Of a stretch of 64,000 bases of DNA, positions 27,751 to 41,110 are shown piece after piece. A program made the translations under genes and the position numbers. Source of the DNA: Octopus sinensis (taxonomy: Eukaryota); contig NC_043017.1 of NCBI RefSeq assembly GCF_006345805.1, positions 5,642,001-5,706,000 on the forward strand, given 5' to 3'. Numbering within the stretch: position 1 is the first letter of the stretch; the number at the start of each line of letters is the position of its first letter. The notes below the pieces were generated by a model that saw nothing but the letters and a program-made list of their open reading frames with translations, was not told the DNA's origin and did no database searches.

Positions 27751-28336
27751 CATTATGCCATCTTTTGTTTGTCTCTCTGTACACCTAACAAAGAAATCAA
27801 TTTTTGGATCCAGAGATTTGTGTAAAGAAGGAAATTAGGACGAATAACATTTACTACCAACTGTTGTCTTCTTTTTGTCTTAACGACAAAAGATCTTGTT
27901 CGAATAAAAATAGGGTATATTTGTCTTCAATTGAACTATTTACAAAATGTTTAGTTTCTGATAGGGCCATCCTTGTTCAGTAAAAGGTATTCTTTTCAGA
28001 GAGTAGATAAGGGCCAAAACTATGGGAAAACCAGGGCGGCTGCGCATATATATCTTTTTCGGAATAGTGGATCTCGAAGCACACCTAAAACAGCGGTCTT
28101 AACTTGTGTAAACATAAATACACAGAAATGACATCCTTTTAAAGATTCGTTGAAAACCTTGCAATATTTGTTTCCGTTCTCCACATTCTCTGAGTTTGTA
28201 GGTCTGCTCAATCAGATGTGACAGCTTAAGGCGGAGAGAGGGGCGAGAGAGAGATAGGGGAGGAGGGAGAGAGAGAGGAGGAGAAAGAAAGGAGAAAAGA
28301 GAGAGAGGGAGAGAGAGGGAGCTGCACCAGCATAGT

Positions 28337-28477
28337 GCTGGTATCCATTTTCAGGAGGATCGACTGGAACAAGTGAAGGGCCTTGGTCCAGAACACAACT
28401 CATCACCCGGTGCAGGAATCAAGCCCACCGCCTTACGATCATGAAGTCGACAGCTTCATTACTTGGCTACGCACTTC
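28337..28477 (-). mobile_element. SINE family C (tRNA head + CORE-like + central module), degraded
   Basis: Reverse complement ...gttgtgttctggaccaaggcccttcacttgttccagtcgatcctcctgaaaatggatacc resembles 62251-62400. Confidence 0.6.
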
Positions 28478-28703
28478 CACACACACACCATCAAACAAAA
28501 TTAAAGGAAGAAAACCGAACTAACAATTGAACGTCTACGCCAGTGATTCTCGGCCATTTTTTTTTTTTTGCCTATGGACACCTTTGATCCCTATTTTACT
28601 CCAAATGAGAAGGGGCCTCCTTGCCAATCAATGTCTAAAAGGTCCTTTTATATTTTTTTTAATATTGTAGAAATATATGCCCAGATTATTATTCTTTTAT
28701 TGT

Positions 28704-28904
28704 TTTTACTTGTTTCAGTCATTTTACTGCAGCCATACTGGAGCACTGCCGTTAGTCGAACAAATCAACTCCAGGACTTATACATTGTAAACCCAGTACT
28801 TATTCTAATCGTTCTCTTTTGGCGAACCGCTAAGTTGCGGGGACGTAAGCACACCAGCATCGGTTGTCAAGCGATGGTAGGGGGACAAGCATAGACACAC
28901 AAAT

Positions 28905-28958
<54 letters not shown>

Positions 28959-29110
28959 GACGGGCTTCTTTCAGTTTCCGGCTACCAAATCCATTCACAA
29001 GGCTTAAATCGGTCCGGGGCTATAGTTGAAGACACTTGCCCAAGGTGCCACGCAGTGGAACTGAACTCGGGACTTATGTGGTAAGGAAGCAAGCTTCTTA
29101 CCACACAGCT
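28704..29110 (-). mobile_element. SINE family A, full length
   Basis: All modules present on minus strand. Confidence 0.92.
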
Positions 29111-29741
29111 ACACATCAATTTTAACTACAAAATCTTATATGGACTCCAAGGGCCATATTGACCCCGATTAAGTACCATTAGTCTACACGGTCAATCAAC
29201 TTCATAGAAATAACAGCCATATCTCCATGAAATTACTCCTTACGCTTTTTAACACTATTGACTATAAAACTGTTCGATCATTGCCGACCTTAACCCAACC
29301 CAACCCGACTCTTGGTAGGGACTAATTGGTAAATCTAAACAGTAAATCATCACAAAGTTATACAAATAGTTTACCCGCCAACTAGCCTGTCAACCCGCCA
29401 GACAACTTTATCTCTAACACAGACACACACACACTCATAGACACTAACCCCCATACATATACGTACATATATATATATATATAGTGATGTTGCTTTTCGG
29501 AGTTTTTCACACAATCCCATGGTGTAGTTGTTTTATTGATATTGTTTGTGAATACGGGGAAGGATAAGGTGTTTGCTTGCGTCCAGATACGTAGAGACAG
29601 ATTGAGGTATCTGCGAATACACACACATATAATAATATAAATAATATATAAATATATGCATATATACATACATATATGTACATACCTACATATATATGTA
29701 TATATATACATAGAGAGAAAGAGAAAAAGAGGTGGGGCGTG

Positions 29742-29744
<3 letters not shown>

Positions 29745-29817
<73 letters not shown>
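29745..29817. repeat. (GATA)n array
   Basis: Direct reading. Confidence 0.95.
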
Positions 29818-30609
29818 TGCTATTTCAACCTCAGATCTGCCCACCAACGACGGACATGCCGGCCGTGACCATGCCGCCGCTTTCTTTTACGCTTTTAAAA
29901 CAGTAGATTGTAATTTAAGAAATATTCAGCTGCCATTTCTAGCAGGTCCTGCGACCACATAGTCTTCCTCTTTGTATATGCGTGTTTTGTTTTCCCGTAA
30001 ATCGAGATTTTGTACATTCCTTTCTGCATGTCATGAACTTGTGACAGACTGACCTAATTTGATAGCGGATGCTTTTTTATTTATTTATTTTTTTACTTTT
30101 TTATTCTATTTCTCTCTACTTTTTTCTTATCTCCCTCCCCTTCCTACCTCTTCCTTCTCCTCTCTCTCTCTCTTCTATAAATCACAATCACCATCACCAT
30201 TATCAACATCATAATTTCATCTATCGACCACTCTCCTCCCCCCACACACACACACAACACACCACATTCATACACATAGCCACAAAAGCGGTGCTAAGTT
30301 AAAGTTTGCTAAGTTCACTTTGCAACCACGTGGTTTTTACCGCACTTTGGGATTGAGCCTAAAACTATAGGGTTATACGTTCGATCCCTTCTGTGTCACT
30401 CTTCGAGCGTGTGTCTTTCTTCTACCATAGTCTCCGATTGATTAAAATCGTGTAAGGGGTATTTAGTGGACAAAAACTAAACAGTCGCTGTCGATTTCTG
30501 TATGTGTTTGTCTTGACACATCAACGCTAGTTGAAAAATTACTATTGTACCAAAAAGTGAATTAATTAATCGATAAACATATACATCGATAAAATAGGGG
30601 CAAAACTGA

Positions 30610-30650
<41 letters not shown>

Positions 30651-30736
30651 TATATATATATAATATATATATATAATATAATATATATGTATGTATGTAT
30701 ATGTATGTGTATATATATATATACTATATCTTATTA

Positions 30737-31126
30737 GGCGCAGGAGTGGCTGTGTGGTAAGTAGCTTGCTAATCACCCACATGGTTCCGGGTTCAGTCCC
30801 ACTGCGTGGCACCTTGGGCAAGTGTCTTCTACTATAGCCCGCGGGCCAACCAAAGCCTTGTGAGTGGATTTGTTAGATGGAAACTTAAAGAAGCCCGTCG
30901 TATATATGTATATGCGTGTGTGTGTCGGTGTTGTCCCCCTATCATTGCTTGACAACCGATGCTGGTGTGTTTATGTCCCCGTTACTTAGCGGTTCGGCAA
31001 AAGACCGATAGAATAAGTACTGGGCTTACAAAAGAATAAGTCCCGGGTCGAGTTGCTCGATTAAAGGCGGTGCTCCAGCATGGCCGCAGTCAAATGACTG
31101 AAACAAGTAAAAGAGTAAAAGAGTAA
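30737..31126 (+). mobile_element. SINE family A, full-length well-preserved copy
   Basis: ggcgcaggagtggctgtgtggtaag head to ...gactgaaacaagtaaaagagtaaaagagtaa tail. Confidence 0.95.
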
Positions 31127-31241
31127 TATATATATATATAATTAATAATATCAGGGTAATAAAAATTTTAGAAAGTTTTACTAACAGTGGCCTAGCGTAT
31201 AGAGAAATTAGTCAATAGACTATATATTATTCATATAAATA

Positions 31242-31462
31242 CAGTGTACATTTAAACACATAGGAGGTATCCGTCATAGGTTTCCTGGCACGCTGGAAAG
31301 AACAGCTAAAAGCCAAACTACTATTAGGGATAAACTTCGAAGGGAAGTTTTTACTTTTCATTCCCTTCGAAGTTTATCTCTAATAGAGGTTTGGATTTTT
31401 GCTGTCCTTCTAGCGTGCCAGGAATCCTATGACGGATACCTCTTATGTGTTCAAATGTACAC

Positions 31463-31464
<2 letters not shown>
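31242..31464. mobile_element. Foldback MITE: ~105-bp arms, 14-nt loop, TA-flanked CAGTG.. ends
   Basis: Left arm 31242-31346 matches reverse complement of 31361-31464 at roughly 85-90% by eye. Confidence 0.9.
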
Positions 31465-31508
<44 letters not shown>

Positions 31509-31678
31509 TATAATAATATATATATATATATATATATATTATATTTGTATTTGGGGGATGGTCATGTTGCCAGATATATATAAATGGAACAAAACGCGAT
31601 AGAGGATATATATATATTATATATATATGATATATATATATACATATATATATTAATATATATATATATATATAATAT

Positions 31679-31721
<43 letters not shown>

Positions 31722-32005
31722 GGTAGTATAATTTTGGTAGTAATGACTTTGTCCCTCTTAGTGTGAGGCATTTATGTGTAATAATGCCCTCTATACAATA
31801 TAGATATAATTAATTTGTTCAAAAGAAAAATTATTTTCGATATTCTTTTCTTTTATGAGGTTTTCACGCTAACTACCCGATAATTTCTTGCTAAGATCCC
31901 TTATTAAGAGGTTATCCTTAATTGTTAAACTATATATATATATATATCGATATATATCTGTATATATATATATATATTTATTTATTATTTATTTATATAT
32001 TTAAC

Positions 32006-32330
32006 GTTTTACTTGTTTCAGTCGTCAGATTGTGGTCATGCTGGGGTACCACCTCGCCGAATTTTTTAGTTGAATAAATCGATCACAGTACTTTTTTTTT
32101 TTTTTTTCACGCGTGGTACTTTTTCTGTCGCTTTTTTCTGTTTTTGCTGAACCGCCAAGTTACGGGGACGTAAACACACCAACACCGGGTGTGAAACGGT
32201 CTTGGGGAACACAGACTCAAAGATACACACACACATACATACATACATACGACGGGCTTCGTTCAGTTTCCATCGACTAAATCCACTCACAAGTGTTTGG
32301 TTGGCCCGATGCTATAGTAGTTGACATTGC
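32006..32330 (-). mobile_element. SINE family A, 5'-truncated, diverged
   Basis: ttttacttgtttcagtcgtcagattgtggtcatgctgggg tail and body. Confidence 0.85.
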
Positions 32331-33486
32331 ACACACATTTATCTAAATATATGAGAGGGAGAAAGAGAGAGAGAGAGAGAGAGAGTATGTGTCTCAGGTA
32401 TGTATCCCTGTAGACCAGCACACTCGTGTATTTGAGACATAATATCCCCGCCACCATACATATTCATACTTTTGCTATAAAACAAGTGCATTTTCTCGCT
32501 GTTTTTCGGTCAGCGAGACAAAACCCACACGCACGCACACTCACACCACACACACACAAGATACTATGTTAGTGTAAACATATATACACATTTTTGAGTT
32601 TGTGATACACATCAACATATTCGACTATATATATATATCCGTGTGCTAGACAATCAGACTATATATTGTGGTGTTAAGTATATGCTCAGAGACCTACACA
32701 CACAACAACACAACACAACACATACACACACACACACACACTCATAAGAGCGATTTTACACGTTTTGTGTCTGTGCGCGGATGTGACTCACAGACAGGCC
32801 ATTCATATAACCAGACCGAACTTACACACATACATGCCGGAGCCAAACACGTACACAGCGATACACACTAACTAATACACACATACACCAGACTGTATGT
32901 AGTACAACGAACACACACACAAACACACAGTGATAAAGCGGGGCAGGGCGTAGGAATTGACCTACTTTAACGTAAGCGCTTCTCTCATTGGTTGCTATAG
33001 TACCGCCATCGGAAAGCGTACTTCACATCGCCTGTCGATAAAAGCAGGCTCTTATATAATTTCCTGCATCAATCCCAAACTATTTCTATTTTCATGCGAC
33101 AGATCTGAGTGGAAATCTTCCACTCTAATACCGTTTTTCACAGATTTCTATCGGACCGGTATGAGGCTAGGCTGGATATAGGTCAGTGTGACAAAACCAA
33201 TAAGAGGCTTCGTTAGAAAGAGGCTTTGTTTGAGCGGGACTGCTGCTTTTTTAACTTTTTTCTTTTTCTTTTTTTTTTTCTCAACCAACTTAACTGGTCG
33301 CCTGTCGAGCTTTTTCTTGTAAACAAGTTAAAAATAGACATGACACAGGGAATGTGGATGCAGCCTCTAGGTCACACGTATAAAAGCCAGGCTGCTGACA
33401 GTGTGGGCGGGCCTATGTACCTGCGTGTGTGGTTTGTTGGGTGTATATGTGTGTATATATGTGTGTGTGTGTGCATACGTACACAC

Positions 33487-33555
<69 letters not shown>

Positions 33556-33579
33556 CCTATCTCTATCTATCTATATATA

Positions 33580-33739
33580 TAATCAGCCGAAATTACTACG
33601 ATGATCCGGTTCTTGACTGAAGACTGGGGGTTTCGAATGTCCTGTCCGTGTTTATTGTATCGTCTTCTAAGAGTTATACGTTCTTGTCCATGTTGTATTT
33701 TTCTACATACCTTAATATATATATATATATATATATATA

Positions 33740-33804
<65 letters not shown>

Positions 33805-34266
33805 ATATATATATATTATTTGTGTCTGTTGTGGAATGAGCCTGAGTCTGTCTGACTCAACCTCTTTTGATTAGTCTGTGTGTATAAGTTTGTGTATGTA
33901 TATATGTAACCATCACGCATGCTCATACATATATATGCATTACACGCGCGATAACCCCCCCCCCACACTCTTACCGGGAAGTAAATATTACTATCATATA
34001 GGTGTATTCGAAAATCATTCTTTCTGTATATTTCTCAGAATAATCATCAAATAGTTGTAGTACTCTCAGAGAATAAATTCCACAACTCTACAAATTGAGG
34101 GTTACTTGCTAGATTCCTTCGTATCTTGTTACTACCCTTTAATATCATATCCAAGATTAATCAGCCGAAATTGCGAGGATGATCCGGTTCTTGACTGAAG
34201 ATTGAAGGCTTCGAATCGTCTTCTAAATGTTTTACGTTCCTGTCCCAGTTTGTATTTTTCTACATA
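33580..34266. repeat. Pair of diverged direct repeats (33580-33709, 34158-34266)
   Basis: taatcagccgaaatt...gatgatccggttcttgactgaaga...tcgtcttctaa...tgtatttttctacata occurs twice. Confidence 0.85.
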
Positions 34267-34310
34267 TAATATATATATATAATATACATACATACAAATA
34301 CACACGCACA

Positions 34311-34457
<147 letters not shown>

Positions 34458-35189
34458 CAGATACATACATACATACATACATACATACATACATACATAC
34501 ATACATACATACATACATACATGCTATCTTAAATAAAACGGTTTGGTTGTGGACATGGGCTTTCCTATATAGCGATTCTTTTCCCACAATATTTTGCTTG
34601 AGAATAAAGGGGCAATAGAGAAATACATCAATGTCTATGCAAATGACATTTATGAATGACAAAGGTGGCGTTGAGAATTACAGATTTAGAGGATTCCTCG
34701 TTGGTTCGAAACATTCGTAGTTGCTGTTTAGCTTCAGATGTGAGCATCATTGAGCAGGCATATGACGAAAGGGTTCCAGCCGTGATCATCCAATTTTTGT
34801 TCATCACAGTCGATATTCTTGAATATATCACTGGTTTTTGGAGGTGATAGGGTGTGAATAATTGAGGCTTTGACACCTCTTTCTGCTATATGGATACATT
34901 TGTTTCGACGGATGCACTTCAAAAATGTCCAACAGGATAAATTATGGTCAGTAATGCATCTATCTTATCAGGAAGGATATAAATAACAAACTCATCAAAC
35001 AGATATGTTAACAGAAATAGAAAGTGCTATAACATGTAACGTATTTATATTCATATCCCCACACGCGTACACACACTAAAAAAATGCGACGTGTAAATAT
35101 GAACATCATATACATACAAAAAACACACAAACGTATACAAACTACATGGTTCTAGGTTCGGTTCAACCACTAAAAGGGATAAGAATGAG

Positions 35190-35350
35190 GAGTTTATAAG
35201 AGCAGCCGGAGAGCTTAAGTATCTCGGAGACATTTTCACGAGTGATGGAAAGCAGGTGGCTGAATTAGATGCAAGAATTGCTGGCTCGGTTACCAGAGGG
35301 AGTGGTGTCGGCGAAGAAGCCAAACTCGCAATCGAAATCACTTCATCCTC
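35190..35350 (+). mobile_element. Non-LTR RT C-terminal relic (RTE-like)
   Basis: KYLGDIFTSDGKQVAELDARI matches the RT KYLG motif and following helix. Confidence 0.55.
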
Positions 35351-36099
35351 AGTACCAGGAACCGGTTACAGTTAGTTGTAACACTCACCCACCTTGCAGC
35401 GACAGGGAAGAAATGGAGGCTGAAGGGATGTGGGAGACAAAATATCGAGAAAGTAAGATGAAAAAGAAAAGAGTGAAACCACATCGAAGGCAAGCAAGTC
35501 GCACCATAAGAAGCTTGTCTTGTCTTGAGACTTCGTTAAATTCACTGTTCATCGAATCGCTGACGATGTACTGATGGATCTATTGAATGAACTGCAGAAA
35601 GAAAGGAGAAATGAGTTGGTTGAACAGATAGACTCTGATTTTTGAAAAATTGCTTCGAGAAAAAGTAACAGCGCTAAAGGGCAATTTACCAGAAGCATGT
35701 GATGGAGAATTTTCACCACAGCCAACTTCTATGATGCTCCCTGATGTCTTCTGGAGTAGTAGTTTCCAGTAACAGGAGCAGATGGTCGGGTTTATGAGAT
35801 GACCTGTTCTAATTTTAATGCTTTGTCTGCTGTGTACAACATGTGCAATAAGTTCGTTATTTTGTTGGGTTATGTTTGTGTTTCGCATATGTTGTGTGAG
35901 TGGTGGTATTGTGTCGAGTAGTAATGGGTAGAGTGTGTATATAGTGTGAGTTGTATTATAAACTAATGGATTACAGTTATGTAAAGTGTGAATTGTTTGC
36001 TGTTACAGTGTCGGGTATCGATTATATAACAGTATATGCTATTCATTTTATTGCATTTTGTGTAGAACAGGCATTGTGCTATTGATATTCGGTGTTAAT

Positions 36100-36443
36100 C
36101 TTTTATCCTTTCGGGGTCGATAACATAAACACCAGTTGAGCACAGGGGCCGATGTAATCGATTTACCTCTCCCACAAAATTATTGGCCTTATGTCAAAAT
36201 TTAAAACCCAATATTTTATTTCTCAATAACGGCGGTGAGCTAGCAGAATCGTTAGCTCACCGGACTTAATGCTTAGTGATATTTATTCCGGCTTTACGTC
36301 TTGAGTTCGAATGCCACCGAAATAGTGATGGCATTTCATCCCTTTCGGGGTCGATAAAAAAAATACCAGTTGAGCACTGATGTCAGTGTAATCGGCTTAC
36401 CCACTCACTCGAAATTGCTGGTTTTGTGCCAAAATTTGAAATC
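36100..36443 (+). mobile_element. Two tandem SINE family B copies (36100-36210 partial; 36231-36443 full)
   Basis: Repeated cctttcggggtcgataa...ccagttgagcac...aaatttgaaa modules. Confidence 0.85.
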
Positions 36444-36520
36444 AATAACAGTTGGTGTTAATTCCGTAGAACAATGTATTTTATAGGGTGGCTTTTACAT
36501 TAGGTATATTATACCTAAAC

Positions 36521-36950
36521 AAGGCAACTCGCACCAATCTCTTCAACAACACAGTCTTACCTGCAATGTTATACGCATGTGAGACTTATGATACAGAGAT
36601 CCATGGAATGGTCGATCTTGAGAATCTCGCTACGAGATCACATCCGGAACGAGGAGATCGGGGTTAGAACTGGAGTGAATGACGTCGTCGCAGAATACCA
36701 CCACGAAAAGCTACTGTGGGACGGTCATGTTGCGAGGTTCACAGACAATCGGTGGACCCGTGCAATTTCCGAGTAGTACCCGCGCGAACGGAAGAGACCA
36801 CTCGGAAGACCTCCAGTCAGATGGGAAGATGATTTAAGAAAGGTGTTTAGAACAACGTAAAGGAGATTGGCGAGAGCACGAGAGGAATGGAGCAAATGCT
36901 GTGGCCAGTGGATGCGACTCGACACCAGACAGCCTGGCCGATCCAGGTGA
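36521..36950 (+). mobile_element. RTE-clade LINE 3' fragment
   Basis: LFNNTVLPAMLYACET...LRDHIRNEEI...WDGHVARFTDNRWT...KRPLGRPPVRWEDD with frameshift and stops. Confidence 0.9.
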
Positions 36951-38257
36951 TATAACTTGTGCAAACAATATACTATTTGAGTTGTACTAGTGAACTGAAA
37001 GTGAACGAAATGCACATCAGAGTGTAAACATTTTTGTTTCAATCCTTCATTTTTATATCAGGATGCTTTACGTTGGTCCCCTTGTCGAACCAGAAAGAAA
37101 CATCCGAGTTGTGACGTTGTACATGTTTATACTACTTCTTACCTCTTTTCATGTTGATGCGTCCGCATATTGCCCTCTGGACATGTGAACATAGCTGCCG
37201 GCTGGACGGTCAACTTTTTCTTATTTGTCTCTTTAAAGTGATAAAATCTGTTTCTAAAAAATAATTGGGAAAACTGTTCTTAAAATCAAATGAAAAAGTA
37301 GCAGACCGAGATGGTAACCATAAAAGTGAATGCTTCAGGGTAGCAAGCAAGCAAGGAGAGAAGGCAGAGGTGGATGTCTGTCAACAGACCACGTTCAGTG
37401 ATGGCAGTGTAACTACTCTCGCCGATCACTTAAAAATCGTCGTCACAACATGGCAAGGAACAAACTGGAGCAACAACTACATAATCACATTAAATTGACC
37501 AGTAGCAACAGCACTCCTGACGTCACCATCTCCATTCTCACGACAGGGAGACCGTATTTGATTAACAACAAAATATTTACATTTGACAGTGACAATAGCA
37601 ATATGCTAAGCAACTACGACAATGACTGTACCATCACCGCCTATTTAGACTAGCATCAATATTTCCATGACCGTCTCCACCTACAATTCCACGCGTAGAA
37701 ATTGCTACAATCGAGACTTTGAGGCCAGAATTAGCAGTAACTATAATACTAACAGTCCGACCATATTCACCATCGTCACCAGTATAACCAGCAACAGCAA
37801 AAACCACACATGAAAAGCCTTTACTAGAGCCAGAAGCAGCCAAGAGCAGGTCTCCTTCGACAATATTTAGTAGATGAAGCCAAAAAGCTCGCAAAGATAG
37901 ATGGTAGATGGGCTTTCATAGCTAATCCACTACAAATCATCAAGAAGCAAACATAGGCATGAATAACCAAGTAGGAGAACTCTAAACCGGCCTTGGCAGA
38001 GATACACCTATCAGGTACGTGCAAAGATGTAGATTTCGTGACGCGATCTAGTGGAGGTAAGATTTCCATGAGTGTCACTTCGCTGGCGAAGTAGGAAAGA
38101 AAATTTCACCATCAGCTCGTTTGTATGAGCCAGCGAGTGGCGAAGGTGAAGGTGAAAGTGAAAGTGAAGGCTGTGCCGTCAGAAATATAAATCATGTTGT
38201 TATATGAGGTGTGGTGCTAGGAGAAAAATAGAATAGATTAGTTGAAAATCAGTATAG

Positions 38258-38548
38258 ACTTTCTTATCGCATACCTTATTGTCAGCTGGGCATGCTATAT
38301 CCAGGATCCAACATCGTTTGCTTTCTTTCTCAATTAACACTATGTCTGGTTTCCTATTCTCTATCTCATGGTCACACTGAATCATAAAATCATATAGGAT
38401 CTTTGCATTATCATTTTCGATGATGCTTTCGGGTTTTATGTTCGTATCACGTTTTTGCTCTTTCAAGTCCATACTTGTAGCAAAGTGTCCAATGGAAAAT
38501 CCTTGCTATATTGCCATGACGTCTCTTATATCCTTTCTGGGCTAATGG
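38258..38548 (-). mobile_element. R4/Dong-type non-LTR retrotransposon fragment (restriction-like endonuclease)
   Basis: PLAQKGYKRRHGNIARIFHWTLCYKYGL then PESIIENDNAKILYDFMIQCDHEIENRKPDIVLIEKESKRCWILDIACP (RHxxxA helix and PD..D RLE motif). Confidence 0.85.
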
Positions 38549-38656
38549 TGTACATTATTGGTTTGCAAGGGGAAGGACGTGTCTTTAGATGCTGTGAGTT
38601 TTTGCCCAATTTTCATTGAAAAATTTGTTATGTATGTTGTTTTTTTTGCATATTTC

Positions 38657-39086
38657 TGTCATCATCATCATCATTGTTCGATCGTGGCCAAGACAATGGA
38701 ATTTACCATGCTACGCCAGACTTCACGTTCCATCATAGCATTACGGAGGTCTTGTTGCTGGATGCCTGTATTCCTGGAGATTACATCAGGGTAGGAGAGT
38801 GTGTGCCCTCTGGTGTTGCGAGTAGGTGGCTTCCAGAGGAGAAGAGTAGAAATTGCCTCGTTTTCAGCTCTACAACAATGTCCAGCAAACTGGACTCTCC
38901 TACCTTTCACAAGAGATGACACAGGTGGTAGTTTCCCATATATTTGCATTTTGGTTGGATGACGCTTCCACGAGAGATTTTGAGCTCTCATAAGGAGGCG
39001 AGTGTAGGTTCCATTCAACCGCCTCTCAAGCTTCTTCGATAACGTCCAAGTTTCTGAGCCATATAGTAGAATTGGTTCGACTGTGG
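38657..39086 (-). mobile_element. RTE-group LINE 3' end with (TGA)n tail
   Basis: PILLYGSETWTL...RRVQFAGHCCR...LLLWKP...AMMEREVWR, open frame, ends in tgatgatgatga. Confidence 0.88.
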
Positions 39087-39204
39087 CCAAGCCGACTGGA
39101 CTCTTGCTCAACTAATTGGTTAGGCGGAATTTTCCCCTTTTAGGGGCGAATTTTTCATACCAAAATTTTAAAATTTCGGTTTTGCAATTCGAAATTTTAC
39201 ACGG

Positions 39205-41110
39205 ATGTCTGTGAAGAGGAGTGTAAGCTCTTCCCATCTTTGCACTCCACACCCTCTGCAGTCCAACGACTACATACATGAAACGTTAAACGTAAACTAT
39301 CTCCGCCCGCTCCGCACCTTAAAAGGCAAAGAAGAGAAGAAGAAGTGTTCCGGCACTTGTAGCGCTAGAAAGGAAAACGAAGGCTGTTCATTGGTCCGCC
39401 TTTCCAACGAACATTTCCCTGCTCTCACCACCACTATTGCTCCTACACTGGAGAAGGAGAAAGAGAGAAGTGGGAACATGTGTACTAGTAAGACCACCAG
39501 CAACGCCAACAAGACCAACACAAGCAGCTACGACAACAACAACAACAAGGTCAAGTGCAACAGTTTCGCATCCGCGGCGAAACAAACTTCAGAGGAAATA
39601 AATGTAACAATTAAGGATATAAAAAATGCAAAGGAGTTGTGAGGGAAGGATGGAAACAATGTCTTCCTTAACACTCCACAAGAATTAAGCCACGAAAAAA
39701 CAAAACAAAAGAACAATTACTTACAAGATATTTAGTATAAAACACACACATAAAAAAATAGAACGGTCAACTCAACAGCAATTGGAGATTGCTCTAAAAC
39801 CAATATGGTAAAAAAAAAACATATTTGAGCAAGGAGAACTAGAAGTGAAGTCTCTGTGATGTCTAAGAAAGGTCTGGATTTCATGACGCGGACCATCTTC
39901 TTGACTCAGAAGGTAAGTTGTTGGTAGTGAACATAATCGGTTGCGAAGATCACTTCTTCAGATAAGTGGCCATCTACACTTCAACAGGGGCGGAGCGTCC
40001 AGATTTTTCCTGGTGCCTAGAAATCTTCCTAGGAACGTTCGCTCTTTAGTGCAAATGGGTGCTTGGACCGTCACTTAAATACACGCTTGGATAAATCTGT
40101 TCTGATGTTTCCAGTTGTCTGGCAGGTACCAACTGGATTTACTAAATGTGGACATCGACAAACAACATTGGCTCATCCAGATCGTATATAGATAAAATAT
40201 ATTGGCCAGTAGACAAGGGTTGCGTAGATATCCATAATTCAAAGTAGGCGGCTATACAGTCCCCAAATTTATGATTTGTACTGTCAATCTAAATAAGCTA
40301 CGTAATAGGGATCCGGAATATGAACGCATCATTCCCAGCATACCAAGCTTGCAGGGACTGGATTATTGAATTAGTTTCGCAAGCGTTGATGAGGGAAAAC
40401 GTTAAACAGTAAATGGTGGCTCGCTTTGAAAAACAAAAGGCAATTAGAGTAGATGCGATAAGATCTAGTGTGGAAAAAGCGATAGAGAAAACCAGAATAG
40501 AAGGAGGTCTAGGTATAAACTTAAAAGGAGCGTTTAGGAAAGGCGTCGCGACCGACGTGCTTACGATGAGATTAGTCCCTGACCGATTCTTCAACGTGAA
40601 GCACGAATGCTTGATTGCCTGAGCTCTAAGACACAAAGGATCGAAACCCGTTCGATGGGACCAACTATCAGAGGTGCAACATGGTAAGAAATCCATAATT
40701 TGGTCTTTAGTATACCATGATGAACGCTTGCTGTTCCATCCCAAGCAGATGTGGACCGCTTTTTAGTAGCACTTTGTTCGACTGTTCAGGACGAATAGTG
40801 GGCTGGATAGCAGGATGGATTTCACTACTTACCTTTACGGCCGGCTACGACACTTAGCAATGAAAGCGGAGTGCTGCAAAAAAGTTGATAACAGCCACGT
40901 AAACACATGAAGTAATATCTAACTGTATGAGGGGCAAACCGCTTATCTTGGATTGTCTAATCTAAGAGCCTTTACCTTTATATGCCTGACTTGCTTGGCA
41001 ACCTCTTGACAGATATCTCCAGCAACTGACAGCAGAAAGGGAAAATCTACGTTTTCGTGAGTCGAAGAACGGTAGCGCTGCTGAGGAAAGCCCCGTACAA
41101 GGAGGATCAC
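39205..41110 (+). mobile_element. 5' half of a Tx1/L1-type LINE: putative ORF1 remnant, APE endonuclease, linker and start of RT (degraded)
   Basis: DSEGKLLVVNI...VAIYT, SLVQMGAW (decayed GDWN), SRSYIDKI; RT start MPDLLGNLL...QQKGKI...VALLRK; upstream ORF 39205-39642 with EHFPAL and SFASAAK. Confidence 0.7.

Noticed and set aside
30737-30810. tRNA gene calls at SINE heads
   Set aside because: A/B-box-like motifs only, no full cloverleaf, and continuous with SINE bodies
34560-34930. Possible RT or polymerase relic (NVYANDI resembling YADD)
   Set aside because: Single weak motif with no flanking RT motifs
37260-38170. Complex-looking region with several short ORFs
   Set aside because: Largely degenerate ACA/AGC-rich sequence; no assignable domain
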